Part shown: positions 37,352-51,675 of the stretch, in pieces
Layout of the letters: every line of letters begins with the position of its first letter
Position numbering within the stretch: the stretch's first letter is position 1
Assembly (NCBI RefSeq): GCF_963676685.1
Contig: NC_092351.1
Location: 7,874,001 to 7,938,000, forward strand
DNA from: Mytilus edulis
Lineage: Eukaryota
DNA: 64,000 bases
Direction: 5' to 3'
The notes under the pieces: model-generated
The model's input: only the letters and a program-made list of their open reading frames with translations
Told to the model about the DNA's origin: nothing
Database searches by the model: none
Position numbers and translations under genes: made by a program

Positions 37352-38860
37352 GTTCCGAGACCACAATTATTTCGTAGTGCATTTCTTTTAGAACAGAAAT
37401 GAAAATTAAAAAAATCCCACCTGCACTTTCTCAGTGAAATTTTTACAGTGTGTTGTACTACTTTTGGGACAAATTAAATAAAAATTATAGAAAACTTCAT
37501 TGGTCCTAACTCAAAATATGGACAATTTTATGTTTAGGGCGTCTTGAAATCTTTTGACAGCTTCCGAAGTGCTAAGTTTTAACCTTTTTTCAGCTGGACC
37601 AAATCACTACTTTCCTTTAAAATTCTGGGCCCAAATTTTTTTACAGTGTAATTTCAGCCCCCTACTTGCAATTTGAGGCAATAAACATGGAGAAAAAAAT
37701 TTGGAAGGGGTATAAAATTAATGGCAAGTAACCCACTGTCAACACTAGGGACTATATTCGTGGACAACGAAAATCAAGGGACGACAATTGTGGTCTCGGA
37801 CCTAATAGGATAGAAATAGTTGACCAATCTTAAAACAACTTGGTATGACCAAAGCTTATTAAATTATAACACTGCTTACATAACAATAAGTTTCATAACA
37901 ATAGGATATATAAACTATAAACATTTGGGGCTTTAAAAATTAAAATATTGCAAAAAATACTTTTTAAATGCCTTAATATATAATTTATCATGTACTAAAA
38001 GCAAAAGAGTACTCATTTGATTTATCAGACTTAGCATAATTATTCAAAAGTCTAATTTATATGAGCCTGCGCCTAAAAATTGAGGTTTTTCAATGAAAGG
38101 GGGCTTTACATGAAGATGTAATATTTTCCAGCAATTTTAAATTTGTGAAGCTTTTTGGTTATAAATAATCCTTACATATGTATTGAATGTACTTTAAATG
38201 GAAAGAAAAGTTACAAATAACATATTATCATATTAGTTTAAAAGGGTCTTAGGCCAAGTAAGACTGGAAAAAATTTAGGGTCAATTTAGGCCGTGCCACA
38301 AATTTACATTACAAAATGCGTATTGAGGCTATAAGAAATAAAAATTTGTGTCTTTTTTGTCATTTACATACTCATGTGATATGATACAAAAAATCTGAGC
38401 ACAAAAAGACTCTTGCAATTAACTTTTCTTGCAGACAGTATGGTCTGATAAAAAGATTTTTGACTTTTTAGCGAAAAACTTGCATGCAATTTTAGTCTCA
38501 ACAGGCTTATATTCAAACCACTTGCTATCCTACAGAAGAAAAGAAAAATATTATGTGAAATGGAACAGGTACAATAGTCATTGTAAAGGACTTTTGATAC
38601 AAATTTACTGAGGTCTTTATTATGAACTTCAAATTTGATGTACCAAGCTCCCCACTTCTGACTTCATCCAAACAAGGCGTTAGACAAGGGTCATTTATAC
38701 AACAAATTGTGCACACATTGTCTAAGATAATCTTCTTTTCTGTAGAATCAGAGTTCATAAATAAGTAAAAGAACTAGATAAAGTCATAGAAACACAAATA
38801 TTGACACATGAAAACCTGTCAGATAGAAAGACAGGATGCCATCATTTATGGTCTCGGACC
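37352..38860. mobile_element. Composite TIR DNA element with one left end and two right ends
   Basis: Left end GTTCCGAGACCACAATT. Inner right end AATTGTGGTCTCGGACC (37786-37802). Outer right end ATTTATGGTCTCGGACC (ends 38860). TGAT is duplicated at 37348-51 and 38861-64. Confidence 0.8.
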
Positions 38861-41800
38861 TGATGGAAGGTTAAAGATCTGCCAAGCTTTCAATAAAAAA
38901 ATGACCCTGCCTTTGTCTTATGTCGAAATTTGTTAGCCAACTTTATTCTCGACAGACCCTTCTTTATCGAGGTATTACAAATAAGGTTACATTATAACTT
39001 AACTGGTCATATCTAAAAATAATTAGATTTTAGTCTCCAATAAATGATCATTTAGGGACAGCTGGTAAAACGACTTTCTGTGTTTTGTATTGTGGAAGTT
39101 TTATTTTGTCATGACAGTATCAAGAATTTGTTAGCGTGATCCGTCTTCCATGATTTTTTACCTTTGCTATTATTAATAATACTTAAGTGAGAAGTGCAAT
39201 TTTATATCCATATTTATCAAGAATTAACGTTTTCTTATACAAAATGTCGTTATCGTTTCTTAGAGCTCTTATCTATCTTAGTGAAAAGTTGTCAGATGAT
39301 TGGTTAATTGTCATTGTTAATGTCAATTTTTTTTCCTTTATCCATTTTGTATCCCATGTTGTCGAAAGTATTAGGTTTAAAAAAACAATTTTAACTTGGC
39401 TCAAATCTTTTAAATTGGGCATGGGTTTAATTGGTAAATATGAATATAATGTTATTAGCACAAAAATGTGTATACACTAATCATCATTCTCTCAACTTAC
39501 CATTGTCTTCAAAACAAATAAACTCATAAAAATATCAGGCTTAAAATTAGATATTCTTTAAGTCATCAAGATAAACATAAGGTCGAGTTCTTGTCCAATG
39601 ACGCTTACTGTGATCCTCTTATCATCTTAATAGAGTGAAAATTACTTTTAGAGATTTTAAAAGTTCATCAAGATCAATCAAACATATATTGAAAGATATC
39701 TCAACATTGCATGCAGATATTAAGACAAATCAAATCATTTTTAATATTTTAATGAAACTAATTCACTTGAACTTTCTTGTCAGAATCGTGGTCTTTGATT
39801 TTTTTACCTTGAATTACAATAATTCATCGAAGAAAGAAAATGTTATCAAGTAATAAGAATATTGCAGGCAGAATACGTAAACGTGATGTTGCTTGACAAT
39901 TTCACCTCTCAAACTCCTCTTACTGTCCTTACAACAGTGGTACAGATAGACGGGATTAGACCATCCATGACCACATCAACATGCAGTGACAAAGCCCTGT
40001 CAATAGAATTTGAATAGACATTTACGAGACTTGTTAACTGCCGTAACGTCAACTACTAATCATGTCGTCGAATAGCATAGCAGACGGATTCGTACAACAA
40101 AAAGTAAAATCACAAAAATACTGAACTCCGCGGAAAATTCAAATAAAAAAGTCCCTAATCAAATGAAAAAATCAAAATCTCAAACCCAATAAAACGAATG
40201 GATAACAACTTTCATATATAGGTAAAAATTTCCATTATACAGCAGTCACCATTGTGCTATAATTATAATCATTTAAAAATCAAACAAACAAAAAAACAAC
40301 ATACAAGCATGTTACAAAGAAGCACAAAATGGCATACAGACCAAGCATCTAAGTAAATATTAAAGACAAGATATATGGGAGAAAAACAAGTTTTTATTAA
40401 AGCAACAAACGACATTCAGTGAATTATATGTTCAATACTACGGACAGACAAATACAGATTGTGGATGGGTTGTCATTCCTATCCTTACTGTACCATTTTG
40501 GAGATTATCCTTCATTGAATATGATATCAGCGTCTTATTTCACATAACTTTTTGGAATTTAATTTTTGTATCGCATACATTATTGACAATATTCATTGGT
40601 ATTCGATAACCTCGTAATTACAAAGCATTAAAATAAGTTATACTGCCTGCACCATATTATGAATATGAATGTTGTTTTCCATTCGTTTGATGTGTTTAGG
40701 ATTTTGATTTTGTCAATTTATAAATGACTTTCTTTTTGAATTTCCTATGTAGTTTGATATTTTGTTGTTTACTTTTCAAACCACTTTAACGGCCATTCTA
40801 AGATAGTTAAATAATCATTTGAATAAATATACTACAATCCAGGTAAAAGAGGGCCGAGGGCATTTCGAAATTCACATTTCATGCATTGAATTGTGTATTG
40901 TTAAAGTTATCAATGACTATATTGAAAAAGTTTTAGAATGTCAAAAACCATTTAGCTTTCAATTTGGGTGTTAGCTATAATTTTATACGTACAAATTTAT
41001 CAGTAGAATACATCTTATGCAGATCTGATATTTCAAACGATATCCTATGATAACAAGACGATTTGGTATGATTGCCAATCAGACAATCCTCAATCAGAGA
41101 CCAAATGACATATTATCTAACAACTATATTTCATTGTACGGATTCAACAATGTACAAAATTCACATCATATAATAAGCTATAAAAAGACCACGAAATCAC
41201 ATATGTAAAGAATTCCAAATAGAAAAACTATAGGTTTGATTTGATTCCAGAACAATAGACGAAAAACAAATTTGATAATCTGCAACAATAGACAAACAAC
41301 AAATTAAAGGATTCGGGACATGCATACTTAGAATGTGGCGGCGTTAAACATGTTTGCTTACTGTCTATATTTTTTATTACTGCAATCTTGTACCACAAAA
41401 TAATTAACAGTATAATGCAAGTGGTTTAAATAGGAAAAGATAAAAGTAGGGTAAGTATCATGAATTGACCACATTTAAGTGTATGCTCCTATTCAAAACA
41501 TGCACCTCAAAGGACGACAATATGCTGATATATTTGTTATCTATAAACCACTCAATAGATTATCCAACTTTCAATTAAGTGACAATATTTCCTATCAAGA
41601 GTGTATGAGGTAGACGAATTGGACCTTTAAACAATCATTTTGACTTTTGATGTAAAAACAAAAGGGGGATCGGACATATTTTCACTTTATTTATTGACTA
41701 CTTTAGTTGGGATTAATTGAAATCAACATATTTCATTGAGAAAAATTGTTTGTCAAAATAAACAATATTTTTTCTGGCGAAGGTATGAAATGTATTTCGG

Positions 41801-42228
41801 CATTTCTCTTTCGAAAAATGACATGTTTAATGAAATTAAACGTGTTATTTGTAAACCTTGTCTTTTATTCCCCGCATAGGCTATTAAAAACTAATTTATC
41901 TACGGTGTATTCCGACAATTTTTTGAAAATATAAGAAATAGCATTGCTAAAACATAACATGGACTCGTCTAGAGTCCATACAATGACAAAATTACAAAGT
42001 CTTACCTGACACGAATGCTAGTTCAATTAACCATAAATAGACGACTAAACAAGTCATCCTGATACTTTATATCAACTGAATCAAAATCATCTTCATTCTT
42101 TCTTTATACGTCATTTGTATATTGCAATCGCTCAATTGAACTCTCAATATTTATCGATCAATATATCCTGCAAGTTCAAAACTTAAAAGCATTCTCAATT
42201 ATTAATATATTTTCCTTGTATGTATTAA

Positions 42229-42937
42229 GGTAGCACAATACAAAGATTTTTTTACTTCCAATCACCAACCTTTGAAATGCTGTAACTTTTTTATGAATGC
42301 ATAGAAAATAATAAAAGAGGTATATATAGATAGATAAAAGATTAATCTTTTAAATGAATACAATATTTTTATTATGCGATTATTATGTAATCAATTATTA
42401 TGTAATTAGTGGCAAAATCTGGGTAAGTTCACTTGAATGATTTTAGCTCTTTCATCTTTTCACCTATGCAGAAAATTTTAACGAAATCTTAATCAACACA
42501 TCCTGGGCTTCAAACGGGTGTCTCAGATTGTCTCTATGTTATTCCATTCTCTCATAAATCTCTAATTAGAGTCAACATCCTAACCACATAAAAGAAGATA
42601 ATGTTTAATTAGGTGTAAAATTTGTTCTGTACATTCTATCTGAAATCTGAGACATCTTTTTGTAGATAATGGCCATAGGAATAACATATAATAAAATCAA
42701 CCCTCTAGGGTTACCTATGCAGAAGCTAATTTCATTTGAAAGTGGAAATTTGGTAAAAAATATTTTAGACGCAGTTAACATTATAATTGGTTACATCATT
42801 GTTGTATACTACTAGCATTGCATTATTTTGAAAGAGTAATCTGTTAGCTATCCAAAACTACCACTTTTATAAATTTTGAAGCATTATTAAGAAAGTTGCA
42901 GCATTTTAAAACTTGGAAATCTTTGTATTGTGCTACC
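42229..42937. mobile_element. MITE with TTAA target duplication (Kolobok-like, GG termini)
   Basis: Perfect 21-bp TIR GGTAGCACAATACAAAGATTT. TTAA on both sides. Subterminal inverted AAATGCTG.AACTTT. Confidence 0.88.
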
Positions 42938-43383
42938 TTAAATACCAACTGAAAATTTTACAACTTTCTACTTTTGCGTTTTTTATAAAACTATATTTTC
43001 CAGTAATAAAGTGAATGGAACATGTCATTAGATATAGTAAATGAATCAAAAACTTAGCGAGCATGAATTCAGATCTCTGCAGTTCGTCTATTTATTAAAA
43101 TAAGAATGAATTTTCTCTCTAGAATTTACCAATGACTGAACTTAAACCATTGTTTCTGAAGGTATAGAAATATAAATTTTAAACCGTCTCCCTTAACTTG
43201 GTGTTCATGCAATCTCTTGGTGTTTGTTAGTTACCTTGGTTTGTTTGTTCTTAACTGATCTTCGAGATTTGAAACCCGGTTAAATACTGTTGCCTTAATT
43301 TATTTGTAATTTCTGCCAATACAAGAATTCAAATGTGTCGTTGTCTAACAGACTAATTCCCGACAAATTCTTTGATCTATACT

Positions 43384-43966
43384 AAAGGAGTAGTTTCAGT
43401 AAGACCCCTTTTGGGCCAAAGTTATAGCGGTTTAACAAAATTGTTAAAACGTATACTTTTATTTATTCATTGGACAGTAGATTGCTTCTGCTAAATAAAT
43501 ATAGGCTGTATCTGACAATACAATGCACAAATATCAGGTACTAGCATCATTAAGTCATGATAAATTACTGAAATCTTCACAATTTTAGCATTTTAGTTAT
43601 ATTTTAGACGGTTTCCGTCTTAAATTGAAGTGGCCGCATTCGTGTTCATTCTTAATATTAAAATGTAAGTTGAATATGATGATTATACATAACATGTATA
43701 AAGGTCGAGGATGAACACGGATGCGGCCACTTTCATTTTTGACAAAAACCATCTGAAAAGTGACAATGTTTGGCATATTTGATAGATTTTTCATATTTAA
43801 GCTAGAATCGGGGCGTTTTTAATGAGTAAATCAGTTAAAATCTTTTACATATACATATTGAATGAACAAAAATAGACACTTACGTGTTTAAAAAGTGTCT
43901 AACATCTTTCCTCAGATGAACTTTGAATTTGAGGCCAAAATCGTTCCTTACCGGACTTACTCCTTT
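43384..43966. mobile_element. Foldback MITE with terminal and internal inverted repeats
   Basis: Ends AAAGGAGTAG..GTAAG / CTTAC..TACTCCTTT. Internal AAGTGGCCGCATTCGTGTTCAT / ATGAACACGGATGCGGCCACTT (43629-43731). Confidence 0.7.
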
Positions 43967-44884
43967 GTTTTACTTTCTGTTAGCTGAAATCTACTGTATT
44001 CGTTGATTTTTATTATGTCATTATACATTGGTTGTCATTTGTTGTCAATATTAATACAGAGCAATAATGTCATTACCTGTACAAAAAATGGTTTTGACTG
44101 CTTTGTTAGTTTGCCTGATATACAAAATAAAACTTGCATCAATGATAGCAGGAGTACTAGTATAATATGTACGAAAGAGCCGCATAAGTCTGTAATATAT
44201 TACGAATGCATGCATTTGTAAACAAAAAGTTAGAAGAAAGTTGTGTAATTCATTGCTAAAAAGTTCTGTGATGCAGTAATTGTGTGATCTTTCACTTCTT
44301 CATAGAGAAAAATCGTATTAAGGATTTGAATTGATGTCGATAAACATTCAACCCTGTATAACTATATCTCTGATTTGTGGTGCTTGTACTGGTTATGTTA
44401 AAATTATCTATCCAGAGTTACCACACATGCTGATTTCCGATACGGGTACAATAATACTAGATAAGTATGTTGGCCTCATACTTAATGCCGACTCAAGATA
44501 TTCATCAATTCGGAAAAATCACTTTTGCACTCTCTTATTGATGATATTATCGAATCAATCTTCAAAATGGTCAATCGTCATATACAATACATATAGTTGC
44601 CCTTATGTTATAGCTTTTACGTCATTGGCCTAGTACAAACAACTTTATTAGACATGTTAAATAAAGGATGCCTCATTTCATGCTTCTTCTGCTTTGAGCA
44701 TAAAATTTGTATGACCGTTATATTGATGTTTACTTTCATATTTCTGTAATTGCTGGAAACAACCCGAACAGTTTCAAATGAAATGACTGGTTCTTGTAAC
44801 GATTTGACCACGAGACTGATAAGTTCTTGAAGCCATAGTGGTTTGCATCGTATAACATTCATTAATGCTGACGACAAGTTATTA

Positions 44885-45100
44885 ATAATGACCATGGGGA
44901 ACGAAGAATCATCGTTTTTGTTGAAAAATTTTGTGCGGAGTTTCCCGTGTAAAACTGAAATATGTAAATCTAGGAAAGAACAGTAGTTGCTGTGCATATC
45001 TGATTTATTTTTAAAAAGTAAGTTTTCTTTGTGTTAATTTCGACAGTATATTTAGAGAATTCTTCATTTTTAACGAAAATTTATATTATTATGATAACGG
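44885..45100 (-). mobile_element. Short Naiad-like RT fragment
   Basis: CSFLDLHISVLHGKLRTKFFNKNDDSSFP, a relic of FLDL...KRDDFSFP. Confidence 0.65.
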
Positions 45101-45164
45101 TAAGTGTTAGTTTGAAAATAATTTATTAGGATAAATCATCCCATAACGAAATTATGCGCTTTCA

Positions 45165-46852
45165 AGATGACCTCCGAAGACTGCCGACGGTCAGATAATA
45201 TGATAAAAACATAAATATAGATATGAATAGATAGCGACCTCGTGCAATAGGTCTGTTTGATTTCAAATTGTAGGTTAAAAATATATGTTTATCATAAGAA
45301 TGAGTATTTGTGGATTGCATCAGTCAATCAAATGGTTTACCCTTCAATGTCGACATTTTTTACTTTTAATAACTGTAAATGCCTAATTTATACATAATCC
45401 GTCGCTAGCTAAGGGCTTAAATTGAAGTCACATCAAACTGATTCAAGGAGATCGAACTTTTTTAAGAAAAAATTGAATCAAACTGGTTGCGATTTTTTTT
45501 TATTTTATCACTAAAAATCATATATTTTTATATATATCTTAGCTATTGTCCCTTTAAAAAGGAAAATTAGCCTGGTGTCTTGGATGAGGTTTTTCGTATA
45601 TGAAGACAAGACATTAACCCAATTAAATGTATCTACATGTATTAAAACAAGGATTACTTCATATCGGTGTAAACTTGTAACTGGACGTGATAAGTTGTTA
45701 TCCGGCATAAGTAACCTAGCATTATTCTATTAACGGTTATAATCTGCCTTGGATAAAACATGTTATTTCAATTATGAACCAATGAGACTGATACTTACAC
45801 CTACAGATGTAGAAGGAAGATAAGTGTCTATCATATTAAGCATTAAACAACCACCCACTGATCAGTTTAAACACATATGGTATGTGGTAATCGCGATTCT
45901 TCGAATTTTCAAAAAAACATGATTTTTTTTTAAAGATGACTTGGATTTTGAAGATTATTTTGATATTCTTGGAGATATAGACATTTCAAAATAATGCAGA
46001 TTTATGTTTTTGTTATCTCTATATGCTTTATCTATATCATCGATACGACATGTTTACTTTGTCATTTGTATGTAATGCTATTAAATGTGACTTTATGTTT
46101 CAAATGTATCTGTGTGTTAATGTTCAAATAAAATCTCTGAAATCCAGAAACAAGATATTGTTATACATTCTGAGATTAGAATTTCTATTGAAACTATAAT
46201 ATCAAGTTTATGAAATGGAAAATAATCAATTCGTTCTTAAAGATCAGTTCTAATGTATAGAGTACAATGTATATTCTGAACAATTTGAAACATCCGTTAT
46301 AATTAGCATCTGCAATTAATGGTGAAATACATATCACGCGTTTATCTGATATGCCATAATAACAAAGAGAAAATCATGTTAAATCGGCATTGGTCGTCTT
46401 ATATACTTTATCCTCTAAACTCAATTAACAAAAGTACAGAGACAGAAAACACAATAATTCAATATGCAATGCTTTATATGATACATGGAGTACATAAATA
46501 CATATATACAAGAGGAAAAAGAAAAAAAGAATACACTAAAAAAAAAAGATAAGTCTCCAGATATTCGATATCTATAAAAATTACAAGATAAAAAAAAGGT
46601 ACATAATGAAAAAATAATTAACTAGGGGGACTCACTTATTTCACAATTTTTTTAACTTTGAAATCCTTTTTGTATTAAACAGTGAAATTTATCGATATTT
46701 AGTCTCATGTAATAACAAGAAGGAAGGACATTTTTCTTTTCGATTTTTAAAGCAGGGCATATCATGTACTCATTTAGATTTTATGGCATGAAATTCTCCT
46801 ATTTAACAACAGATTGACAATAAATTGATGAAAATCCGACCTGCCCTGTCTG
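45165..46852 (+). repeat. Segmental duplication block A (paralog 53810-54125 plus 57815-58990)
   Basis: Long colinear identity, e.g. TTAACGGTTATAATCTGCCTTGGATAAAACATG at ~45730 and ~57837. Confidence 0.9.
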
Positions 46853-47240
46853 TAATTTTGATATTTTGTACAAGAAAAGATGAGCAGAACGTGTCCGGAA
46901 ACTTTTTCAACGGTATTTTTCTCAATACAGGCTGTGGTTTTTTTTATTAACAGTACGGCTGGATATTATGTAACATGTAACGTTTGTAAACGACAATTTG
47001 TAAACGAGTTCTTGTTTTTACATATTTAAAATTTAATGATCTTTTTCTTTTTCAGTTTTTGCTTTAATTAAAACAATAATCATTGCTTTTAAATAGTCCG
47101 AGAAAAATTCACCACGTTTACAAATAACTAAATATCTATGAAACTCGTCATGGTTTGGGTTTTGTGAGAGATTGACCAAATTACATCATGATTTTTTAAA
47201 GTCTACAAGTTGCCAAATTCTTCTTGAAAACTTATATTGA

Positions 47241-48637
47241 AAGGGAAGGGCATTAGCTGTCAAAACGATGTTCATAGCTGTAAAATCGATGTTCATAGCT
47301 GTCAAATCGATGTTCATAGCTGTCAAATCGATGTTGATCGATTTGATAAGAGTTTTCATGTTTAAATTATAAGATGCGTAAACGTATATCCAAAAAAACA
47401 AAACATAAAAGACATACAATAAACAAAGCATGGACTGGATATTATTATCAGCATTACGTATGTATTTGAGACGAGATCTATACTGATTAGCCTCGGTAGA
47501 CTGCCGATGGATCATATAACCCGATAAAAGATAAAGAGATAGCGAGGACGTGCTTTCAGATCTGTTTGATTTTATACTATGAGTGGGAAAAGTGGCAATC
47601 ATTGTTTTTACCTGTATAAGAAGGATATTTTGTAGATCGAATCACTCTGCGACCAAATGGTTCACCCTGGTTTCACTCACAATGTTGACATTATTTTAGT
47701 CAATTATTTATTTTATTGTTAGTAGCAGCATGCTAACGCCCTGTTCATGCGTAAAAGAGGGACGAAAGATGCCAGATGTCAAACTCATAGATAGAAAATA
47801 AACTGACAACGCCATGGCTTAAAATAAAAAGTCAAACAGACAAATAATAGTACAGAAGACAAAACATAGACAAAGCAACACGAACCCCATATGATCACAG
47901 GTGCTCCGGAAAGGTAAGCAGATCCTGTAAACCATTTATAGGTTAGTGGTTGAATTAAAGGTCACAGTGATACGGATTCAATAAGGTTAAATTATTTACT
48001 TGGATGCAGTTTTTGAGCTTATTTTGACAAAGTTTTGCCAAACTGACATGACTGCTTTTTCATTTTGTTTTTTATTTTATTAAATCTATAGAAATGCATG
48101 AAAATGATTGCACACGAAAGCTGATACACATCATCAAGCCCATGCATTGTTCTTTGTCAAGTGATTAAACAATCATGTCAATTTTTGATATTATGCTTAC
48201 TTGCGTTTATTTTAAACAACCACAATGTAAATATTGAAAGTTGACATTAAGCATTGCTTAAAACATCTTGTTTACTTATTGTTTGCTTATTTGTGGAGAA
48301 TGAGTAACATTACAAAAATACTGAACTCCGTGGAAAATTCAAAACGGAGAGTCCCTAATTAAATGTCAAATTCAAAAGCTCAATCCCCGAGGGTATCACC
48401 AGCCCAGTAGTCAGCACTTCTGTGTTGACTTGAGATATCATTGATATGTTCATAATAATAAATTAACTGTTACCAAAATTTTTGAAATACTAAGGTTTTT
48501 CAACCTCAGGAAAAGATTACCTAAGCTGTATTTGGCAAAACGTTTAGGAATTTTTGGTCCTAAATGCTCTTCAACTTCGTACTTTTTTGGGCCTATTAAA
48601 CATTTTTTTTTATTCAAGCGTAACTGATGAGTCTTGG
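47241..48637 (+). repeat. Segmental duplication block B (paralog 60337-61677), including a Naiad tail relic and a retrozyme A fragment
   Basis: Colinear from AGGGAAGGGCATTAGCTGTC to GCGTAACTGATGAGTCTT. Confidence 0.9.
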
Positions 48638-49424
48638 ACTATACAAGATATGCACGATTTTCAGTAGACCCTTCCAAATAATTATATCAATCTTCAGATA
48701 TCAACTGACCACTAATTCTTATAAATTTCACAAAGTACATGCTGTTAGTTCAGAAATTTTTGTGAGGTTTTATTAATGTGAATAATGTGTCCAGTCGAGT
48801 ATTGTAGTAATAAAAACTTGCATTCTTATATAATAGGCAGATTTTACTGAAATCACAAAAACTAATCTCACAACATCCATTTTACAAAAATCACAATAAA
48901 AAATGCATGCAATAATGTCTAATGTCCTCGACTGGTACCCGACCATTATTGACAAGCTTGACAATTTGTATTTTCCAAAGGCATATTTTACAGAGGGAAC
49001 CGACCTATCAATGTCCATGAGATGCCTTATGGTAATCAAATTTTGCATCTGTCCAATGTTTTGTATGCATGGTTTATAAGATAACTATTCAAAAACAGAT
49101 CATGGAAACCAACAATGGTGAATCCAAAAAATTAAAATGGGATTTTCGAGAAATATTCATATCAAGTTCTATAAAACATCTAAGTTATCGGTGAATTAGA
49201 TTGCTGGAAAAACAAATCTGACCAATGTGTTGTTGTACAAGAAGACTAACATGGTTGACCAAACACATTGCTAGTTAAAACAGGTGAAATAAACGTCACA
49301 TGTCATTGAACTAAGTGTGTAACTGTTTGAGGCTGAATATTTACTTTATTGAAATGCATTCCTTATAACATATGACCATTGATATGTTTATTGGTAAGTA
49401 GACTTAATCCTTGATTATCTTTTT

Positions 49425-50512
49425 TTAACATGACAAATGTTTCCATGTTATAGGCAACACCATGGGTGCCACTTAAAGCATGATCTCTAACATACTCTCT
49501 GTAGCATAAGTTTTCATGTTATAGGCCACACCATGGGTGCCACTTAAAGCATGATCTCTAACATACTCTCTGTAGCATAAGTTTTCATGTTATAGGCCAC
49601 ACCATGGGTGCCACTTAAAGCATGATCTCTAACATACTCTCTGTAGCATAAGTTTTCATGTTATAGGCCACACCATGGGTGCCACTTAAAGCATGATCTC
49701 TAACATACTCTCTGTAGCATAAGTTTTCATGTTATAGGCCACACCATGGGTGCCACTTAAAGCATGATCTCTAACATACTCTCTGTAGCATAAGTTTTCA
49801 TGTTATAGGCCACACCATGGGTGCCACTTAAAGCATGATCTCTAACATACTCTCTGTAGCATATGTTTTCATTGTTTATGTTTTGGTTTGTCTTGTTAGA
49901 TAATTAAGATTGTTGTGAAATGTTGTGCACTATTTATTGTCTGTCATTACTATTTTTTTCAATTCATTGTTCTATTTATGATATTTTAAATTGTCTGCTT
50001 GTTCTCATTTTCACCTCATTTTCCTTAATAACTTTTCAGAACATTCGATTGTTTCTTATAATAACCTGGGTAAATGAAGTAAAATAATACAATGTAATAC
50101 TGTAGATATATGATTTGTATTGGTATCCTTTGTTTAAAAGTAGAGTGTATACATAACAATAGTGCAGATAAACAAATTGTTCCTACTAACTCTAAAATGT
50201 TTTTTCTATACCTATAACAAATAAAATGCTATGTTTTTTTTCTAAAATTTTGTCCACCAGTTTGTTGGTTACATAAAAATACAATCAATATCCAGTTTAC
50301 AATTTATTTTTAGCATTTAGGTATTTAAATCTTTCCAATATAGGATATCTTTAAAAAGAAAATGCTTTATACTTCACACATCATTAAATTCCAAATCTTA
50401 GTATTGTTATGAGAAAAAACAATTAGATCTTGGGAATATATGATGATAGAAAGCTCAATATATTGTTTGCTGTCAATAAATTTGTGTTACAGCTTTGAGG
50501 CATTATCACTGT
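49425..50512 (+). repeat. Segmental duplication block C (paralog 58991-60293)
   Basis: Colinear from TTAACATGACAAATGTTTCC to GGCATTATCACTGTG. The paralog has ~180 bp extra at ~59790-59950. Confidence 0.9.
49444..49872. repeat. 71-bp minisatellite, 6 near-perfect units
   Basis: Unit CATGTTATAGGCCACACCATGGGTGCCACTTAAAGCATGATCTCTAACATACTCTCTGTAGCATAAGTTTT. Only one unit is present in the paralog. Confidence 0.95.
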
Positions 50513-51675
50513 GTCTAAACCACACCGGCAAAATTTGTTCGGACTCGATGGTATCTATCATCCGGCACAATGACGGAACATTAACAGACAGAAGAAAGCT
50601 AGGTTTCTCCTTATTTTCTTAATTTTTTTTATGATATCGAAGAATATATATACATATACAACTATTTTCTATTGTGATATGCAATATTTTCTACAACCGT
50701 TCTATATTAACGGAGAAATAAGTAAAAATACACGTCAAAAGGACGAATTGAGTGAACCTTGCCTCGAAATTGTTTAATTTCTCTTTAAATTGTTCACATT
50801 GTACGGAAAGAAAGGTACGAGAAGATAGATACTGACACGGAGATTGCAAAACTTGTTTTTATGAACATCTCAATACTTGTAATTCTGAGTATGGAACGAA
50901 AGAAATGGGTCATGTCAAATAAAATTACACCGGTTTCGTCATTGTTGTTTACTACACAATCACCCGATGCGTAAAACAGAAGCAGCATGAAATGATACAT
51001 CCTTTATTTGACAGGTTCAATAAAGTTGTTTTTACTAGGCATGTGACATAAAGATAAGAACATAAGGGCAAAAATATGTATTTTGAATTTTGAAGGTTGA
51101 TTTGATCATATCATCAGAAAAAGAGTGCACAATTTCTTCTTTCAATTAACAATCATGACATGCATGACTTGGCAATCAATAGTCTTAAAAGTCCATATAG
51201 TTACACTTTATCCTGTAATAAAATTATTTGTTTTACTAATTAGCTAATTTGTGATATCAGAAACATGTCATTGCATTTCTTACAGTACTTTCATGTACTT
51301 GACCAAATAACGAAAAAACCAGAAACACAAACCTTCTGTATTTATATAGAATATATCAATAATTGATTTATTTCTGGTTTTTTTCATTATATATTTTTTT
51401 TAATTATTTTTTTATTTAATTCAATTCAATTTTATTTCAAATCTAAATTTTAATTTTAATTAAATAATTTTAATTTATTATATTTTAAATTTTAATTATT
51501 TAATTTTAATTTATTCTAATTCATTCTATTCTATATAATTATTTGTTTTACTTTGTATTTTTCTTTTATTTCTCTTTTAGATCTAACGCCTAAAGGTTCC
51601 GTGTGTTAACATGTACTACAGTGACAAACATTTGAGAGTTTTCTAGTTATAATGTGAAGTCAGAAACATGTTATT

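Noticed and set aside
35265-39530. Candidate first (signal peptide) exons for the lectin at donors ~35268, ~35502 and ~39500
   Set aside because: None gives an open phase-1 junction with a convincing signal peptide.
51385-51580. Extremely AT-rich tract
   Set aside because: Low-complexity sequence with no stable period or structure.
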